64,000 nt of DNA from Clostridia bacterium (lineage in GTDB: Bacteria > Bacillota > Clostridia > Christensenellales > RUG350), in assembly GCA_017631635.1 (NCBI GenBank), contig JAGBSX010000004.1:1692-65691 (forward strand), given 5' to 3'. A model generated the notes under the pieces. The model had not been told where the DNA came from. It saw only the letters and a program-made list of their open reading frames with translations, and searched no databases. The position numbers and the translations under genes are program-made. This document shows, one piece after another, positions 1 through 9,272 of the stretch (positions are counted from its first letter, which is position 1; every line of letters begins with the position of its first letter).

Positions 1-233
1 GTATTATCCCTATCTTTAGCTGCCAAATCATACATTTCGTTTTTTTCATCTTCATTGAGCCCAAGAACTTCAACAATCTTTTCCATTTTATCGGGCGAAG
101 GGGAATTTCTATTACCATTTTCAATATCGCTTATATAAGCGGGTGCGAGAACAAGTAATTCTGCGAGTTTCCTTAAATTTATACCTTTTTCTAATCTTTT
201 TTCTTTAATAAATGCTCCAAATGTTTTTTCCAT
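1..233 (-). CDS. XRE-family HTH transcriptional regulator (runs off window start)
   Basis: Not in the ORF track. Manual translation from ATG at 233: MEKTFGAFIKEKRLEKGINLRKLAELLVLAPAYISDIENGNRNSPSPDKMEKIVEVLGL..., a typical XRE pattern. RBS AAGGAG upstream. AT-rich, unlike the core DNA. Confidence 0.85.
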   Translation of the reverse strand, partial: MEKTFGAFIKEKRLEKGINLRKLAELLVLAPAYISDIENGNRNSPSPDKMEKIVEVLGLNEDEKNEMYDLAAKDRDN

Positions 234-297
234 AATTTTCTCCTTAAAATTACGCTAAAATTACAATAAACATTAACTCGTTCGCTTGTCTGCTAAC

Positions 298-326
298 AAT
301 ATAACATTTAAAATTTTGTTTGTCAA
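298..326 (-). promoter_or_regulatory. sigma-A-type promoter of the XRE gene
   Basis: Minus strand TTGACA (326-321), 17 nt spacer, TATATT (303-298). Imperfect inverted repeat GTTCGC-N6-GCTAAC (280-297) just downstream. Confidence 0.6.
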
Positions 327-483
327 CAGTTTTTTACAAGATTTTGTATTTTTTTCGATTTTTTTAGACAAATATAAAAAGTGCCACAAAATAGAAAAAA
401 TCAAAGCAGGTAAAGAAAATTGCCACAAATTGCAATTTTGATACAAACCAAACGGGAGACCAATTTATATAAAAATAAAAATA

Positions 484-511
484 GCGTAGTGATAGGGATT
501 TATCACTACGC
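484..511 (-). terminator. intrinsic terminator of the pyr operon
   Basis: Perfect 11-bp stem GCGTAGTGATA/TATCACTACGC, followed by a T-rich run on the minus strand, just after the pyrB stop. Confidence 0.8.
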
Positions 512-537
512 CACATATAGTGTGCTGATTTTTTAAG

Positions 538-1617
538 TTATTTCACGATAGAGTCGCAGTATACGCAACGGAGTACGCCGTCTGCTGTCACTCTAGCAGA
601 TGGTACTAGTCCTCTCTCGTTGGTAGTCACGCAACGTGGATTTTGACACGCTACGTCGTGGACTATACCCTCGCCTCTGACTCGGCTTACCTTGGTCTTG
701 TCCTCACTATCACCTATGAGTTTGAGGATAAGTGCCATACGCATAAACTTGCCGTTCATAGCCTGTCTAAAGTAGGCTGCTCTAGGGTCACTATCTACCT
801 CGACTGATATCTCATTGACTCTAGGTAGTGGGTGGAGGACTATCATATCCTCTTTGGCAAGATTCATCTTTTCTGTGGTGAGTGTGTATACGTCTCTAAG
901 GCGTAGATACTCGTCGTAGGAGGCAAATCTCTCCCCTTGCACCCTAGTCATATATAGTACGTCTAGAGTAGGCATAACCTCCTCCATCTCGCTGACTTCG
1001 ATACATTTCATACCACTAGCGCCTATGACCTCCTCCTTGATATAGCCAGGGAGTTTGAGTTCGTCTGGAGATATGAGGACTATCTCGTTGCCCTCGTATC
1101 TAGATAGCGCAGATATGAGTGAGTGTACTGTCCTACCGTACTTGAGGTCTCCACAAAATCCTACTCTCAAGTGGTCTAGTCTACCTATCTCTCTATATAT
1201 AGTGAGTATGTCGGCTAGAGTCTGGGTAGGGTGACAATGTCCACCGTCGCCTGCATTGATGACAGGGATAGAGGCATTTTCACTAGCCACCAATGGCGCG
1301 CCCTCTAGTGGGTGGCGTGTGGCTATGATGTCTGCATAGTGACTGACTACTTGGGCTGTGTCTGCCATAGTCTCACCCTTGGCTGCAGATGAATTGCTAG
1401 CACCACTAAATCCTAGCACGCTACCTCCTAGTCCTAGCATAGCAGACTCAAAACTAAGTCTAGTACGGGTACTAGGCTCAAAGAATAGAGTCGCTAGTAT
1501 CTTTCCGTTGAGTGAGTCACGGGACTTGTCAGGGGTGTCGATAATGTCGATAGCCGTAGCCATCAATTCGTCCAACTCTTGGGTAGTAAAATCACATATA
1601 TCTATCAAACTTCTCAT
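538..1617 (-). CDS. pyrB: aspartate carbamoyltransferase catalytic subunit with C-terminal PyrI-like Zn-binding extension
   Basis: FFEPSTRTRLSF, HCHPTQTLAD and HPLPRVNEI motifs. C-terminal CQNPRC...CVYC. Start moved to MRSLID (ATG 1617). Confidence 0.95.
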   Translation of the reverse strand: MRSLIDICDFTTQELDELMATAIDIIDTPDKSRDSLNGKILATLFFEPSTRTRLSFESAMLGLGGSVLGFSGASNSSAAKGETMADTAQVVSHYADIIATRHPLEGAPLVASENASIPVINAGDGGHCHPTQTLADILTIYREIGRLDHLRVGFCGDLKYGRTVHSLISALSRYEGNEIVLISPDELKLPGYIKEEVIGASGMKCIEVSEMEEVMPTLDVLYMTRVQGERFASYDEYLRLRDVYTLTTEKMNLAKEDMIVLHPLPRVNEISVEVDSDPRAAYFRQAMNGKFMRMALILKLIGDSEDKTKVSRVRGEGIVHDVACQNPRCVTTNERGLVPSARVTADGVLRCVYCDSIVK

Positions 1618-1618
1618 A

Positions 1619-2251
1619 TTATTTCTCCATCCAACTCTCGTCTTGAGGGTTATTTCTAAACTTGATGAGTCTAGCCACGTCGCTAGCATCTATATATCCC
1701 TCTTCGGCGGCTACTTCGGCTACTGCGTCAAAGCAAGTGAGTGATACGTTCTTGACAGATGCGGCGGCTAGTCTGTCTAGTCCCTTTTGCATACCGTATG
1801 TAAATATGCTGACTACTCCTAGCACCTCTGCTCCCTCTTCTCGTAGAGCCTCGACAACCTCGATAACGCTACCTCCTGTGGAGATAAGGTCCTCTACTAC
1901 TACTACCTTTTGACCTTTCTCTAGTCTGCCCTCGATACGATTGCCTCTGCCGTGGTCTTTGGCGCTACTGCGGACGTATCCCATAGGCATATTTAGGATA
2001 TGTCCTACGATAGCGGCGTGCGCTATACCTGCAGTAGAAGTACCCATGAGTACCTCTGCCTCTGGATAATGCTCCTTGACAAGTTTGGCTAGTCCATTTT
2101 CTACGTGGTCACGCACCTCGGGGGCTGTGAGAGTGAGTCTATTGTCGGTGTATACTGGACTCTTGATACCACTAGCCCAAGTAAATGGTTGGTCTGGTCT
2201 AAAAAATACTGCCTTGATAGAAAGTAAATCTTTTGCGATAATCTTTTGCAT
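1619..2251 (-). CDS. pyrE: orotate phosphoribosyltransferase
   Basis: WASGIKSPVYTDNR and the PRPP motif VVVVEDLISTGGS. Confidence 0.95.
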   Translation of the reverse strand: MQKIIAKDLLSIKAVFFRPDQPFTWASGIKSPVYTDNRLTLTAPEVRDHVENGLAKLVKEHYPEAEVLMGTSTAGIAHAAIVGHILNMPMGYVRSSAKDHGRGNRIEGRLEKGQKVVVVEDLISTGGSVIEVVEALREEGAEVLGVVSIFTYGMQKGLDRLAAASVKNVSLTCFDAVAEVAAEEGYIDASDVARLIKFRNNPQDESWMEK

Positions 2252-2263
2252 AATTGCCTCCTA

Positions 2264-2962
2264 TTAGTCTACGAATTCGGCTACTGCCCTTTGGTATGCC
2301 GATACTGGGTCAGTAGCACCTGTGATAGGTCTACCCATTACTATATAATCTGAGCCTATCTCTTTGGCTACGGCTGGGGTAGTGACTCTCTTTTGGTCTC
2401 CTACCTCTCCGTCGGCAAATCTAACTCCCGGGGTGACTGTGAAAAATCCCGAGCCACATCTATCGTGTACTTTGCCTGCCTCTAGTGGCGAACATACTAC
2501 TCCGTCTAGCCCTGCCTCACTAGCACACTTGGCGTAGTGCATAACTACTTCGTCTATAGGTCTATCTATGAGCAAATCTGCTCTCATAGACTCCTCGTCG
2601 GTAGAGGTGAGTTGGGTGACGGCTATGAGCATAGGTCTACTGCCGTCCTCACGAGTAAGTCCCTCTAGTGCGGCTCTCATCATATTCTTGGTGCCACCTG
2701 CGTGTAGATTGGTCATATCTACGTCTAGTCTGGAGAGTACTGCCATGGATTTCTTGACGGTGTTGGGGATATCGTGGAGTTTGAGATCCAAAAATATCTT
2801 GTGACCTCTATCTTTGAGTTCTCTCACGATACTAGGTCCTTCGGCATAATATAATTCCATACCTATCTTGACAAATGGTCTAATATCTCCAAATTTGTCC
2901 AAAAATTCTAACGTCTTTTGCTTGCTGTCAAAGTCACAAGCGATAATCACGTCTCTACCCAT
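2264..2962 (-). CDS. pyrF: orotidine-5'-phosphate decarboxylase
   Basis: FLDLKLHDIPNTV, TPGVR and GRPIT motifs. Confidence 0.95.
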   Translation of the reverse strand: MGRDVIIACDFDSKQKTLEFLDKFGDIRPFVKIGMELYYAEGPSIVRELKDRGHKIFLDLKLHDIPNTVKKSMAVLSRLDVDMTNLHAGGTKNMMRAALEGLTREDGSRPMLIAVTQLTSTDEESMRADLLIDRPIDEVVMHYAKCASEAGLDGVVCSPLEAGKVHDRCGSGFFTVTPGVRFADGEVGDQKRVTTPAVAKEIGSDYIVMGRPITGATDPVSAYQRAVAEFVD

Positions 2963-3870
2963 TAGATTACTCCTCCTATGATATCTGTTAGTTTGTCCAC
3001 ACGGTACTTCGCCATAACTTTAGGCAAGTCCTCTATAATCTCTTTGCAAGCGTATGGATTGACTAGGTTCATAGAACCTATCTCTACGGCAGTAGCACCT
3101 GCCATCATCATCTCTAGTACGTCCTCTGCACTAGATACGCCACCCATACCTACCACAGGTATCTTGACGGCGTTGTACACCTTGTTGACCATATTGAGCG
3201 CTACGGGGAATACTGCACTACCGCTAAATCCTCCCGTGCGATTGGCGAGGATAGGCTTGCGTGTGTTGAGATTGATACGCATACCTACTAGGGTATTGAT
3301 GAGGCTCACAGCATCTGCTCCCTCACTCTCTACTGCCCTCGCTATCTGGGTGATGTCGGTGACGTTGGGAGATAGTTTGATAACTAGAGGTTTCTCGGTC
3401 ACTCTCCTCACAGCCTTGGTCACCTCTCCTGCACACACAGGGTCAGTACCAAAACTCATACCTCCTCCGTGTACGTTGGGGCAAGATATATTTACCTCTA
3501 TCCAACCTATATCCTCTACCTTGTCTAGTTTGCTAACTACCTCTACGTATTCGTCGATAGAAAATCCACTCACGTTCGCCATCACAGGCTTGTGAAAGAC
3601 CTGTCTCATCTTGGGTAGTTCTTCGCTAATAACTCTGTCTACACCTGGGTTTTGTAGTCCTACTGCATTGAGTAGTCCACCCGTACACTCTGCTATACGT
3701 GGAGTGGGATTGCCATACCTAGTCTCTCTAGTAGTTCCCTTGAAAGAAAACGTGCCTAGTACGTTGATATCGTACAATTCGGCAAATTCGTAGCCGTATC
3801 CAAAAGTACCACTAGCAGGTATGATAGGATTGTCTAGAGTGATGCCACATAGATTAACACTTAGTTCCAT
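2962..3870 (-). CDS. pyrD: dihydroorotate dehydrogenase B, catalytic subunit
   Basis: PASGTFG, NAVGLQNPG, NISCPNV and KLSPN motifs. Start moved to MELSV (RBS AGGAG). Confidence 0.95.
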   Translation of the reverse strand: MELSVNLCGITLDNPIIPASGTFGYGYEFAELYDINVLGTFSFKGTTRETRYGNPTPRIAECTGGLLNAVGLQNPGVDRVISEELPKMRQVFHKPVMANVSGFSIDEYVEVVSKLDKVEDIGWIEVNISCPNVHGGGMSFGTDPVCAGEVTKAVRRVTEKPLVIKLSPNVTDITQIARAVESEGADAVSLINTLVGMRINLNTRKPILANRTGGFSGSAVFPVALNMVNKVYNAVKIPVVGMGGVSSAEDVLEMMMAGATAVEIGSMNLVNPYACKEIIEDLPKVMAKYRVDKLTDIIGGVI

Positions 3871-4592
3871 AGTATCTCCTCCTTGAGCATAACTGGACCT
3901 TCCTTGCATATACGCTTGTAACCGGTAAGTGTCTCGCAAGTGCATCCCATACAAGCACCAAATCCACAGCCCATACGCTCTTCAAAACTAAGTTGACCAC
4001 TAGTAGCGCTAGCCTTGTGCAAAGCCTTGAGCATAGGCTCTGGTCCACACGCATAAAAGTAGGTGTACTCTAGATCTCTAATAGCGTCGGTGACAAATCC
4101 TCGTATACCCTCGCTACCGTCTACGGTAGTCACGTATACCTCTGCGCCGAGTCTAGCAAATTGCTCTCTATAAAACACCTCGCTAGAAGTATTAAATCCT
4201 AGTATCACTCTCACTCTCTTGCCCTCTCCAATCAGTCTCTTGGCGAGATTGTACATAGGTGGGACACCTACGCCTCCTCCTATGAGTAGAGGCGCATCTC
4301 CACTAGGCGTCGTATCGTAGCCGTTGCCTAGTCCCGTGAGGATATCCAACTCCCCCTCTGTCAAGGTAGATAGATATCTAGTACCTTTGCCTACTACCTT
4401 GTAGATAATGGTGAGTACATCCCCCTCTACGTCGCACACGGATATAGGTCTACGCAAATACATGCCATCTAGCGCTATATTCACGAATTGTCCTGCGCGA
4501 GTGATATCAGAGCAATCTCCTCTAAGCGTCATCTTGTATACATTAGAGGTGAGTGGCTCGTTTGATATAATGCTAAATATTGACTTTTTCAT
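3861..4592 (-). CDS. pyrK: dihydroorotate dehydrogenase B, electron-transfer subunit
   Basis: LRRPISV, GGGVGVPP and the 2Fe-2S motif EERMGCGFGACMGC...C. Start moved to MKKSIF. Confidence 0.93.
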   Translation of the reverse strand: MKKSIFSIISNEPLTSNVYKMTLRGDCSDITRAGQFVNIALDGMYLRRPISVCDVEGDVLTIIYKVVGKGTRYLSTLTEGELDILTGLGNGYDTTPSGDAPLLIGGGVGVPPMYNLAKRLIGEGKRVRVILGFNTSSEVFYREQFARLGAEVYVTTVDGSEGIRGFVTDAIRDLEYTYFYACGPEPMLKALHKASATSGQLSFEERMGCGFGACMGCTCETLTGYKRICKEGPVMLKEEILWN

Positions 4593-4600
4593 ATCTCTCC

Positions 4601-7600
4601 TTAGGCATCTATGGTAGATACTCTGATAGTCTGCTCTTCTAGTACGTCTAGTAGTACTCTCACGGTGTCTAGTGAGGTAAACATATTGACGTTGTGCTCG
4701 ATAGCACATTTTCTAATCTCTCTACCGTCTGTAGAGGAGTCGGTAGCACCTATGTCGCTAGTATTGATGACGTAGGCGATATATCCACTCCTAATTGCAC
4801 TAGGTATCTCGTCGCTACCCTCGTTGAGTTTCTTGAGGACGTGAGTCCTGATACCATTTGCCTTGAGGTAGGTAGCAGTACCACTAGTAGCCTCGATATT
4901 GAATCCTAGGTCGTAGAATCTCTTGACTAGTGGTAGAGCCTCTTCTTTGTCCTTGTCAGCGATAGTGACGAATACCGTGCCGTAATTTTGCACGTTCATA
5001 CCTGATGCTTGCAAAGCCTTGTACAATGCACGATTGAGCGTATCGTCATAGCCGATAGCCTCTCCTGTGGACTTCATCTCTGGAGATAGATATGCGTCTA
5101 GTCCTCTGATCTTGTTGTACGAGAATACTGGAACTTTGACGTACCATCTCTTCTTCTCCTCAGGATATATCACGTCGATACCTTGCTCCTTGAGAGATTT
5201 GCCCATGATGACCTCGGTCGCTATGTCTGCTAGGCTATAGCCTGTCGCTTTGGACAAAAATGGTACTGTACGTGATGAACGAGGATTGACCTCTATGATA
5301 TATATCTTCTCATCCTTATCTACGATAAATTGGATATTGTATAGTCCTATGATGCCTATACCTAGTCCTAGTTGCTTGGCGTAACCTAGTATAGTCTCCT
5401 TGACCTTGTCGGAGATAGAATAACTAGGATATACCGATATAGAGTCTCCAGAGTGTACTCCAGTACGCTCTACTAGTTCCATTATACCTGGTACGAATAC
5501 GTCCTTGCCATCACATATAGCATCTATCTCGACCTCTTTGCCGACGATATATTTGTCTACGAGTACAGGCTTGTCCTCATCCACCTCAACGGCTGTCTTG
5601 AGATATACACGTAGTTGCTCTTCGTTGGAGACTATACGCATAGCGCGTCCTCCTAGTACGAAACTAGGTCTGACTAGTACAGGATATCCTATCTCGCTAG
5701 CGGCTCTCACTCCTGCCTCTATATTAGTCACAGCCATACCCTTGGGTTGAGGTATACCTAGAGAGGTGAGCACTTTCTCAAAAGCATCTCTATTCTCTGC
5801 TCTGTCGATAGCCTCGCAATCTGTACCTATTATCTTGACACCTCTAGAGTATAGTGGCTCTGCTAGGTTGATAGCAGTCTGTCCACCTAGTGATGCTATC
5901 ACTCCCTCTGGACTCTCAAAGTCTACTATATTTAGCACGTCTTCTGGAGTGAGTGGCTCAAAATACAACTTGTCGGCAGTAGTGTAATCGGTAGATACGG
6001 TCTCAGGGTTGTTGTTGATGATGATAGCCTCGTAGCCAGACTTCTTGATAGTAGATACTGCGTGCACGGTAGAATAGTCAAACTCTACACCTTGTCCTAT
6101 ACGGATAGGACCTGCTCCTAGTACCACCGTCTTGGGAGAAGTGGTGATGATAGACTGATTAGCCCCTGTATAACTAGAGTAGAAGTATGGTATGTATGCA
6201 CCCGTGAACAAAGTGTCTACCATACGATAGACAGGGACTATACCCTCTCTTTTTCGCAAGGCTCTGACTTCATCCTCAGTCTTATTCCATAGTTTGGCTA
6301 TGTATCTATCGCAAAAGCCTAGTACCTTGGCAGAACGAAGTACCTCTACGTCTCCTACGTTACCTTTGAGTTCGTTCTCCTTGTCGATAATGCCCTTGAT
6401 CATCTCTAGGAAGTATGGAGTAATCTTGGTAATCTCGTGTACCTCCTCCACACTAGCGCCTCTAGCGATAACCTCGGCTACTGCAAATATACTGTCTGCT
6501 CTAAACTCCTTGAGGTAATCTAGCAATTCCTCCTTGGTCATAGGGTCAAACTTGGCTATATAGACGTGGTGCGCTCCTATCTCTAGCGAACGAAGTCCCT
6601 TCAAAAATGCCTCGGTGAGATTTGAGCCTATACCCATGGATTCGCCAGTAGCCTTCATCTGAGTACCTAGTAGGTTGGAGGCAGTAGCGAATTTGTCAAA
6701 TGGAAAACGTGGGAATTTGGTGACTACGTAGTCTAGCACAGGCTCTTTGGACGCCTTGCCCTCGCATATCTCTATCTCGTCTAGCGTCATGCCTACTGCT
6801 ATCTTGGCTGTGACACGGGCTATAGGATATCCACTAGCCTTGGACGCTAGCGCTGACGAGCGAGATACTCGTGGGTTTACCTCTATGAGGTAATATTCGC
6901 TAGTGTATGGATTGAGCGCAAACTGCACGTTGCAACCACCCTCTATCTTGAGTTCTCTGATTATCTTGAGCGCAGAAGATTTGAGCATATTGAAATCGTG
7001 GTCGTTGAGCGTCATGATAGGTGCTACTACGATACTGTCGCCTGTATGCACTCCTACTGGATCGATATTCTCCATACCACAAATGGTGATAGCGAGGTCA
7101 GTACGGTCACGCATTACCTCAAACTCTATCTCCTTGTATCCTCTCACACTCTTCTCTATGAGTACTTGGTGAACTGGAGACAACTTAAATGCATTGATAC
7201 CTATCTCCTCTAGTTCTTCGTCATTGTAAGCAAAACCTCCACCTGTACCTCCTAGCGTAAATGCTGGGCGTAGTACGACGGGATATCCTATACGGTGAGC
7301 AGCCTCTTTGGCTTGGGCTAGGTCGTAGGTAATCTCGCTAGGTATGGTAGGCTCTCCTATGGAGATACACATTTGCTTGAACAAATCTCTGTCCTCTGCC
7401 CTCTCTATACTATCGCTAGAAGTACCTAGTAGTTCTACCCTACACTCGTCTAGTACACCTTTTTTCTTGAGTTGCATAGCGAGGTTTAGTCCAGTCTGTC
7501 CACCTATACCTGGTAGTATGGCATCTGGTCTCTCGTGACGAATAATCTTGGCTACGTACTCTAGAGTAAGTGGCTCCATATACACCTTGTCTGCTATGGT

Positions 7601-7774
7601 GGTGTCTGTCATGATGGTAGCAGGGTTGGAGTTGACTAGTACTACCTCGTAGCCCTCCTCCTTGAGCGCTAGACAAGCCTGTGTGCCTGCATAGTCAAAT
7701 TCGGCTGCTTGTCCTATGACGATAGGTCCTGAACCTATGATAAGTATTTTCTTGATGTCAGTTCTCTTTGCCAT
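4601..7774 (-). CDS. carB: carbamoyl-phosphate synthase large subunit
   Basis: GSGPIVIGQAAEFDY, two ATP-grasp halves (EVNPRVSRSS, EVNPRSSRT) and a C-terminal MGS domain. Confidence 0.96.
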   Translation of the reverse strand: MAKRTDIKKILIIGSGPIVIGQAAEFDYAGTQACLALKEEGYEVVLVNSNPATIMTDTTIADKVYMEPLTLEYVAKIIRHERPDAILPGIGGQTGLNLAMQLKKKGVLDECRVELLGTSSDSIERAEDRDLFKQMCISIGEPTIPSEITYDLAQAKEAAHRIGYPVVLRPAFTLGGTGGGFAYNDEELEEIGINAFKLSPVHQVLIEKSVRGYKEIEFEVMRDRTDLAITICGMENIDPVGVHTGDSIVVAPIMTLNDHDFNMLKSSALKIIRELKIEGGCNVQFALNPYTSEYYLIEVNPRVSRSSALASKASGYPIARVTAKIAVGMTLDEIEICEGKASKEPVLDYVVTKFPRFPFDKFATASNLLGTQMKATGESMGIGSNLTEAFLKGLRSLEIGAHHVYIAKFDPMTKEELLDYLKEFRADSIFAVAEVIARGASVEEVHEITKITPYFLEMIKGIIDKENELKGNVGDVEVLRSAKVLGFCDRYIAKLWNKTEDEVRALRKREGIVPVYRMVDTLFTGAYIPYFYSSYTGANQSIITTSPKTVVLGAGPIRIGQGVEFDYSTVHAVSTIKKSGYEAIIINNNPETVSTDYTTADKLYFEPLTPEDVLNIVDFESPEGVIASLGGQTAINLAEPLYSRGVKIIGTDCEAIDRAENRDAFEKVLTSLGIPQPKGMAVTNIEAGVRAASEIGYPVLVRPSFVLGGRAMRIVSNEEQLRVYLKTAVEVDEDKPVLVDKYIVGKEVEIDAICDGKDVFVPGIMELVERTGVHSGDSISVYPSYSISDKVKETILGYAKQLGLGIGIIGLYNIQFIVDKDEKIYIIEVNPRSSRTVPFLSKATGYSLADIATEVIMGKSLKEQGIDVIYPEEKKRWYVKVPVFSYNKIRGLDAYLSPEMKSTGEAIGYDDTLNRALYKALQASGMNVQNYGTVFVTIADKDKEEALPLVKRFYDLGFNIEATSGTATYLKANGIRTHVLKKLNEGSDEIPSAIRSGYIAYVINTSDIGATDSSTDGREIRKCAIEHNVNMFTSLDTVRVLLDVLEEQTIRVSTIDA

Positions 7775-7778
7775 AATG

Positions 7779-8996
7779 TTATTCTCCTATATTTTTGTAT
7801 ATTATCTCGTTGTCCTTAACAGTCAGTAGGTTGACACCTCTCATACTCGCTCCCTCGTATGGAGTGGCTCTACCTAATGATACGAATTCGTCTGGATTGA
7901 CGACAAATTCTCTATCCATATCCCATATACTATAATCGCATCTAGTATCTAGGTCAAATCTACGTCTAGGATTTAGCGATAGACATCTCACGATAGTGTC
8001 CATATCTACTATCCCCTCTCGCACTAGATACGTGTACAAAGTAGCGAAGGCTGTCTCTATACCTACTATACCAAATGCGCTACCTCTAAGTCCTCTACTC
8101 TTCTCCTCTATAGAGTGAGGAGCGTGATCGGTGGCTATCATATCCACAGTACCGTCTAGCACTCCCTCTATGAGCGCATCTCTGTCTCTAGGCAGTCCTA
8201 GTGGTGGATTCATCTTGAACCTACCCTCGTCTATAAGGTCGGAGGTAGTGAGTGTGAGATAGTGAGGCGCTGTCTCGCAAGTGACGTCTACTCCATCTCT
8301 CTTGGCATCTCTGATGAGGTCTACGCTCTCCTTGGTGGAGACGTGGCATACGTGGTACTTCACTCCCGTATCTTTGGCTAACTGTAGGTCTCTCTCTACC
8401 TGCGAGTATTCTACGCTAGGTGGTATGGCGTCGTGAGAGTATCTAGTGGCGAAATCGCACTCTCGTATGTATCCTCTAGCGATAGAGGTATCCTCACAAT
8501 GAGCGACTATCATCTTGCCTAGTCTACGAGCCTCTATCATAGCGTCTCGCATAAGGGAGGTATCCCTCACGTCCTTGCCATCGTCAGAGTAGGCTATAGC
8601 CAAATCTCTCAAACTCTGCATATCGACTAGTGTCTCTCCTCTCTCTCCTCGTGTGATAGATGCGTAAGGGTGAACTCTGACTACTGCATCTCTATCTATC
8701 AAATCTCTCTGCATCTGGATAGCAGACACGCAGTCTGGTACGGGATTGAGATTGGGCATAGTGAGGACGTCGGTATATCCTCCTCTAGCGCACGCACGCG
8801 TACCTGTATATATAGTCTCCTTGTACGAAAAACCCGGCTCTCTGAGGTGAACGTGTACGTCACAAAAACCGGGTAAAACTACAACTTGTGAAAAATCTAA
8901 ACTAGTGGCTATCTCCTCTGGGATAGTCATATCAACGGTAGGCATATCTGCTAGACGTAGATACTGTAATGATGCTTGAGTGTCTATTAGTTTCAT
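7779..8996 (-). CDS. pyrC: dihydroorotase
   Basis: DVHVHLREPG, MPNLNP, KMNPPL and ATDHAPH motifs. Confidence 0.94.
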   Translation of the reverse strand: MKLIDTQASLQYLRLADMPTVDMTIPEEIATSLDFSQVVVLPGFCDVHVHLREPGFSYKETIYTGTRACARGGYTDVLTMPNLNPVPDCVSAIQMQRDLIDRDAVVRVHPYASITRGERGETLVDMQSLRDLAIAYSDDGKDVRDTSLMRDAMIEARRLGKMIVAHCEDTSIARGYIRECDFATRYSHDAIPPSVEYSQVERDLQLAKDTGVKYHVCHVSTKESVDLIRDAKRDGVDVTCETAPHYLTLTTSDLIDEGRFKMNPPLGLPRDRDALIEGVLDGTVDMIATDHAPHSIEEKSRGLRGSAFGIVGIETAFATLYTYLVREGIVDMDTIVRCLSLNPRRRFDLDTRCDYSIWDMDREFVVNPDEFVSLGRATPYEGASMRGVNLLTVKDNEIIYKNIGE

Positions 8997-9007
8997 CTAT
9001 ACCTCAA

Positions 9008-9124
9008 AAAAAATCTTGCCTAGAGTGGCAAGATTCCCTAATTTGCTCAAAAAAAGCCCACGGAAATCTCCTCTAGAGTCCGTGTCTATAGAACCTTGTC
9101 AATCTCTCTGTACTGACTTAAAAG
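9008..9124 (-). promoter_or_regulatory. PyrR-binding-loop-type attenuator leader of the pyr operon
   Basis: Minus strand UUUAA-GUCAGU-ACAGAGAG-AUUGAC-AAGG resembles the PyrR binding loop. It is followed by hairpin CACGGA...UCCGUG plus U run, and a second hairpin AAUCUUGCC/GGCAAGAUU plus U run before the pyrC RBS. Confidence 0.7.
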
Positions 9125-9136
9125 TTTATTTTTTAG

Positions 9137-9165
9137 ATTATACCACACATGACATACATTGTCAA
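9137..9165 (-). promoter_or_regulatory. sigma-A promoter of the pyr operon
   Basis: Perfect TTGACA-17-TATAAT with extended -10 TG. Confidence 0.85.
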
Positions 9166-9236
9166 ACTATATGAGGTCATATACTCAAATTTGTCAAAAT
9201 TCTATAAAACGTCAAAACCTTGCCTAGTTTGCACCA

Positions 9237-9265
9237 AAAAAGACACCCAAGTCTAAACTTGGGTG
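9237..9265 (-). terminator. intrinsic terminator of the pur operon
   Basis: Stem CACCCAAG/CTTGGGTG plus T run on the minus strand, after the purL stop. Confidence 0.75.
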
Positions 9266-9272
9266 CTTAATT

